Below, one piece after another: positions 62,481 to 64,000 of a DNA stretch of 64,000 nucleotides. Numbering within the stretch: the first letter of the stretch is position 1; the number at the start of each line of letters is the position of its first letter. Made by a program: the position numbers and the translations under genes. Under the pieces are notes generated by a model. That model saw only the letters and a list, made by a program, of their open reading frames with translations. It was not told the DNA's origin and did no database searches. The stretch lies in assembly GCF_036321535.1 (NCBI RefSeq), contig NC_087436.1:78122001-78186000 (forward strand), in the 5' to 3' direction. The stretch is from Camelus dromedarius (Eukaryota).

Positions 62481-63049
62481 AGACATGCCTCCAAGGAAAA
62501 TGATTTCAGATTTTAATCCCACAAATTCAATACCCCAATGCTGAGAAATATTTTATTTTATTAATTTCAGTTTATGTTATATTCTCTCCCTTGGGAATTT
62601 ACCTGGGTCATCAATAGGAGTAGCTGGTCAGAGAAACTAAAAGCCTCTGTTGGTTGAAAGAAAAAGAAGTGAAAGTTTAAATAAGGGCTAATTACACTTG
62701 GGCAGTGTTTTGAGCAAGGCTTTGCCTGCTTTGAATTAGACCACGGCCCTGACTACCTCGTGTGGAATCTGCTTCAACATTTTTAGAGATAAAATGTTAG
62801 CGTTTTCTTTTAATGTATGAAAAGGAAAAGCACATTAATAAATAGAGCATTACGGTGGCCAGGAGAAATTATGTAGAATTCTCCCAACTCTCACAGAAAA
62901 TACACACTTATATTAAAAACAAAAACAGAAACACCACTCAAGACATAAGGCTGTAAAGAAAACACTGTTTTCAAGTGCTCATTTAACCAGGAGTACACAT
63001 TCCCAATTACCAGATGAGACAATTTAGGGGGAAAAAAATCTGTTCCTAA

Positions 63050-63520
63050 TCCTTATTCTATGTGTTAATTCACGATGTATACTTTATCTATACAAATTTT
63101 AACATGTCAAGGATTTTTATATTTGAATATCTAAACACCCATGTTGTAACAAACCAGCTTAAGAAATAGAACAAAAAGAACTTCAGGTTCCCCTGTGTGC
63201 TCTTTCCCAATCTAATTTCCTTCCCTCCCTATCAGAGGCAAACTCCATCCTGACTGTTTGTTAATCATCTCTTTGCTTTTCTTCGTGGTTTTACCACAAA
63301 TGTGTGTGTGCTATGCACACCTGCATCTGTGTGTGTATGTGTGTGTATCCCTAAAAGAAATCATTCAGTTTTGCTTGTTTTTGAACTTGACTTATGCAGA
63401 AGCATACTGTATATATGCTTAACACTGTTTCTTTGATAGTCATCCATGTTGCTACACATAGCTACATTTCATCCACTTCTACTGCTATATAGTATTTTAT
63501 TTATACATCTAACTTATTTT
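63050..63520 (-). mobile_element. Old L1 (L1MD/ME-type) 3' region
   Basis: aacacccatgttgtaacaaaccagcttaagaaatagaaca, cagaggcaaactccatcctgact, tcatccatgttgctac. Confidence 0.75.
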
Positions 63521-63524
63521 TGTG

Positions 63525-63877
63525 CATTTTGTATTGAAATATAGCTGACAGACAGTATTGTTAGTTTCAGGTGTACTACATAGGGAGTTGACATCTGTAT
63601 ACATTATTAAATGATCACCATGATAAGTCTAGTAACCATCTGTCCCCATACAAAGTTATTACAACATTATTGACCCTATTCTTTATGCTGTATATTACAT
63701 CTCCATGGCTCATTTATTTTATAACTGGAGGTTTGTACGCCTTAATCCAAGCCACCTATTTCACTCAACTCCCTTACCCCCATGCCCTCTGGCAACCACC
63801 CATTTGTTCTCTGTATCTATGAGTCTCTTTTGTTTTCTTTGTTTGTTTGTTTCGTTTTTAGATTCCATATAGAAGTG
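63525..63877 (-). mobile_element. L1 3' end (L1MA9-like, laurasiatherian)
   Basis: aatgatcaccatgataagtctagtaaccatctgtccccatacaaagttattaca..ataactggaggtttgtac..cctctggcaaccacc..ttagattccatat. Confidence 0.9.
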
Positions 63878-64000
63878 CAGCCCCTGACTTATGTACCGCC
63901 GGCTTCCTCAAATCCTTGAGATCTTTGCTAGTGTCACTTTCTCAGCAAGACTTTCCCTGACAACCCAATTTAAAATCTCAGCCTGTGGATATTTCCAACC

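Noticed and set aside
1..64000. Host gene strand inferred from LTR/L1 orientation bias
   Set aside because: LTRs are roughly 8 plus vs 4 minus and L1s are about balanced; too weak to call, and no host gene could be identified.
1..64000. CRISPR array, operon or prokaryotic/viral defence system
   Set aside because: The sequence is mammalian repeat-rich DNA with no repeat-spacer periodicity and no gene-dense coding structure.

Overview
Non-coding mammalian (eutherian) genomic DNA, most likely a camelid. The evidence is a tRNA-Ala-derived vic-1-type SINE, artiodactyl-type L1 3' ends, and no visible Alu, BovB/Bov-tA, PRE-1 or CanSINE. Much of the window is decayed interspersed repeat: MIR, L2, L1, MaLR/ERV solo LTRs, and hAT-Charlie and Tigger DNA transposons. 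Between these lie unique islands that look like intronic or intergenic regulatory DNA. I recognise no protein-coding exon, functional RNA gene or CRISPR array; the ORF track is explained by chance, microsatellites or TE remnants. Repeat family names come from my recall of consensus sequences, not from a search, and boundaries without TSDs are approximate. The most notable structures are: (1) a two-step retrotransposition at 57.5-57.9 kb that captured an unidentified polyadenylated RNA 3' end; (2) an old ~200 bp local duplication (13.06 kb vs 14.52 kb); (3) a 233 nt uninterrupted, CpG-rich purine/pyrimidine tract; (4) a three-layer L2>MLT1>ERV-LTR nest; (5) a readable hAT transposase fossil; (6) several motif-dense candidate enhancers, a CTCF site and two orphan exon-like segments. 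I cannot support a claim of a new biological system here.
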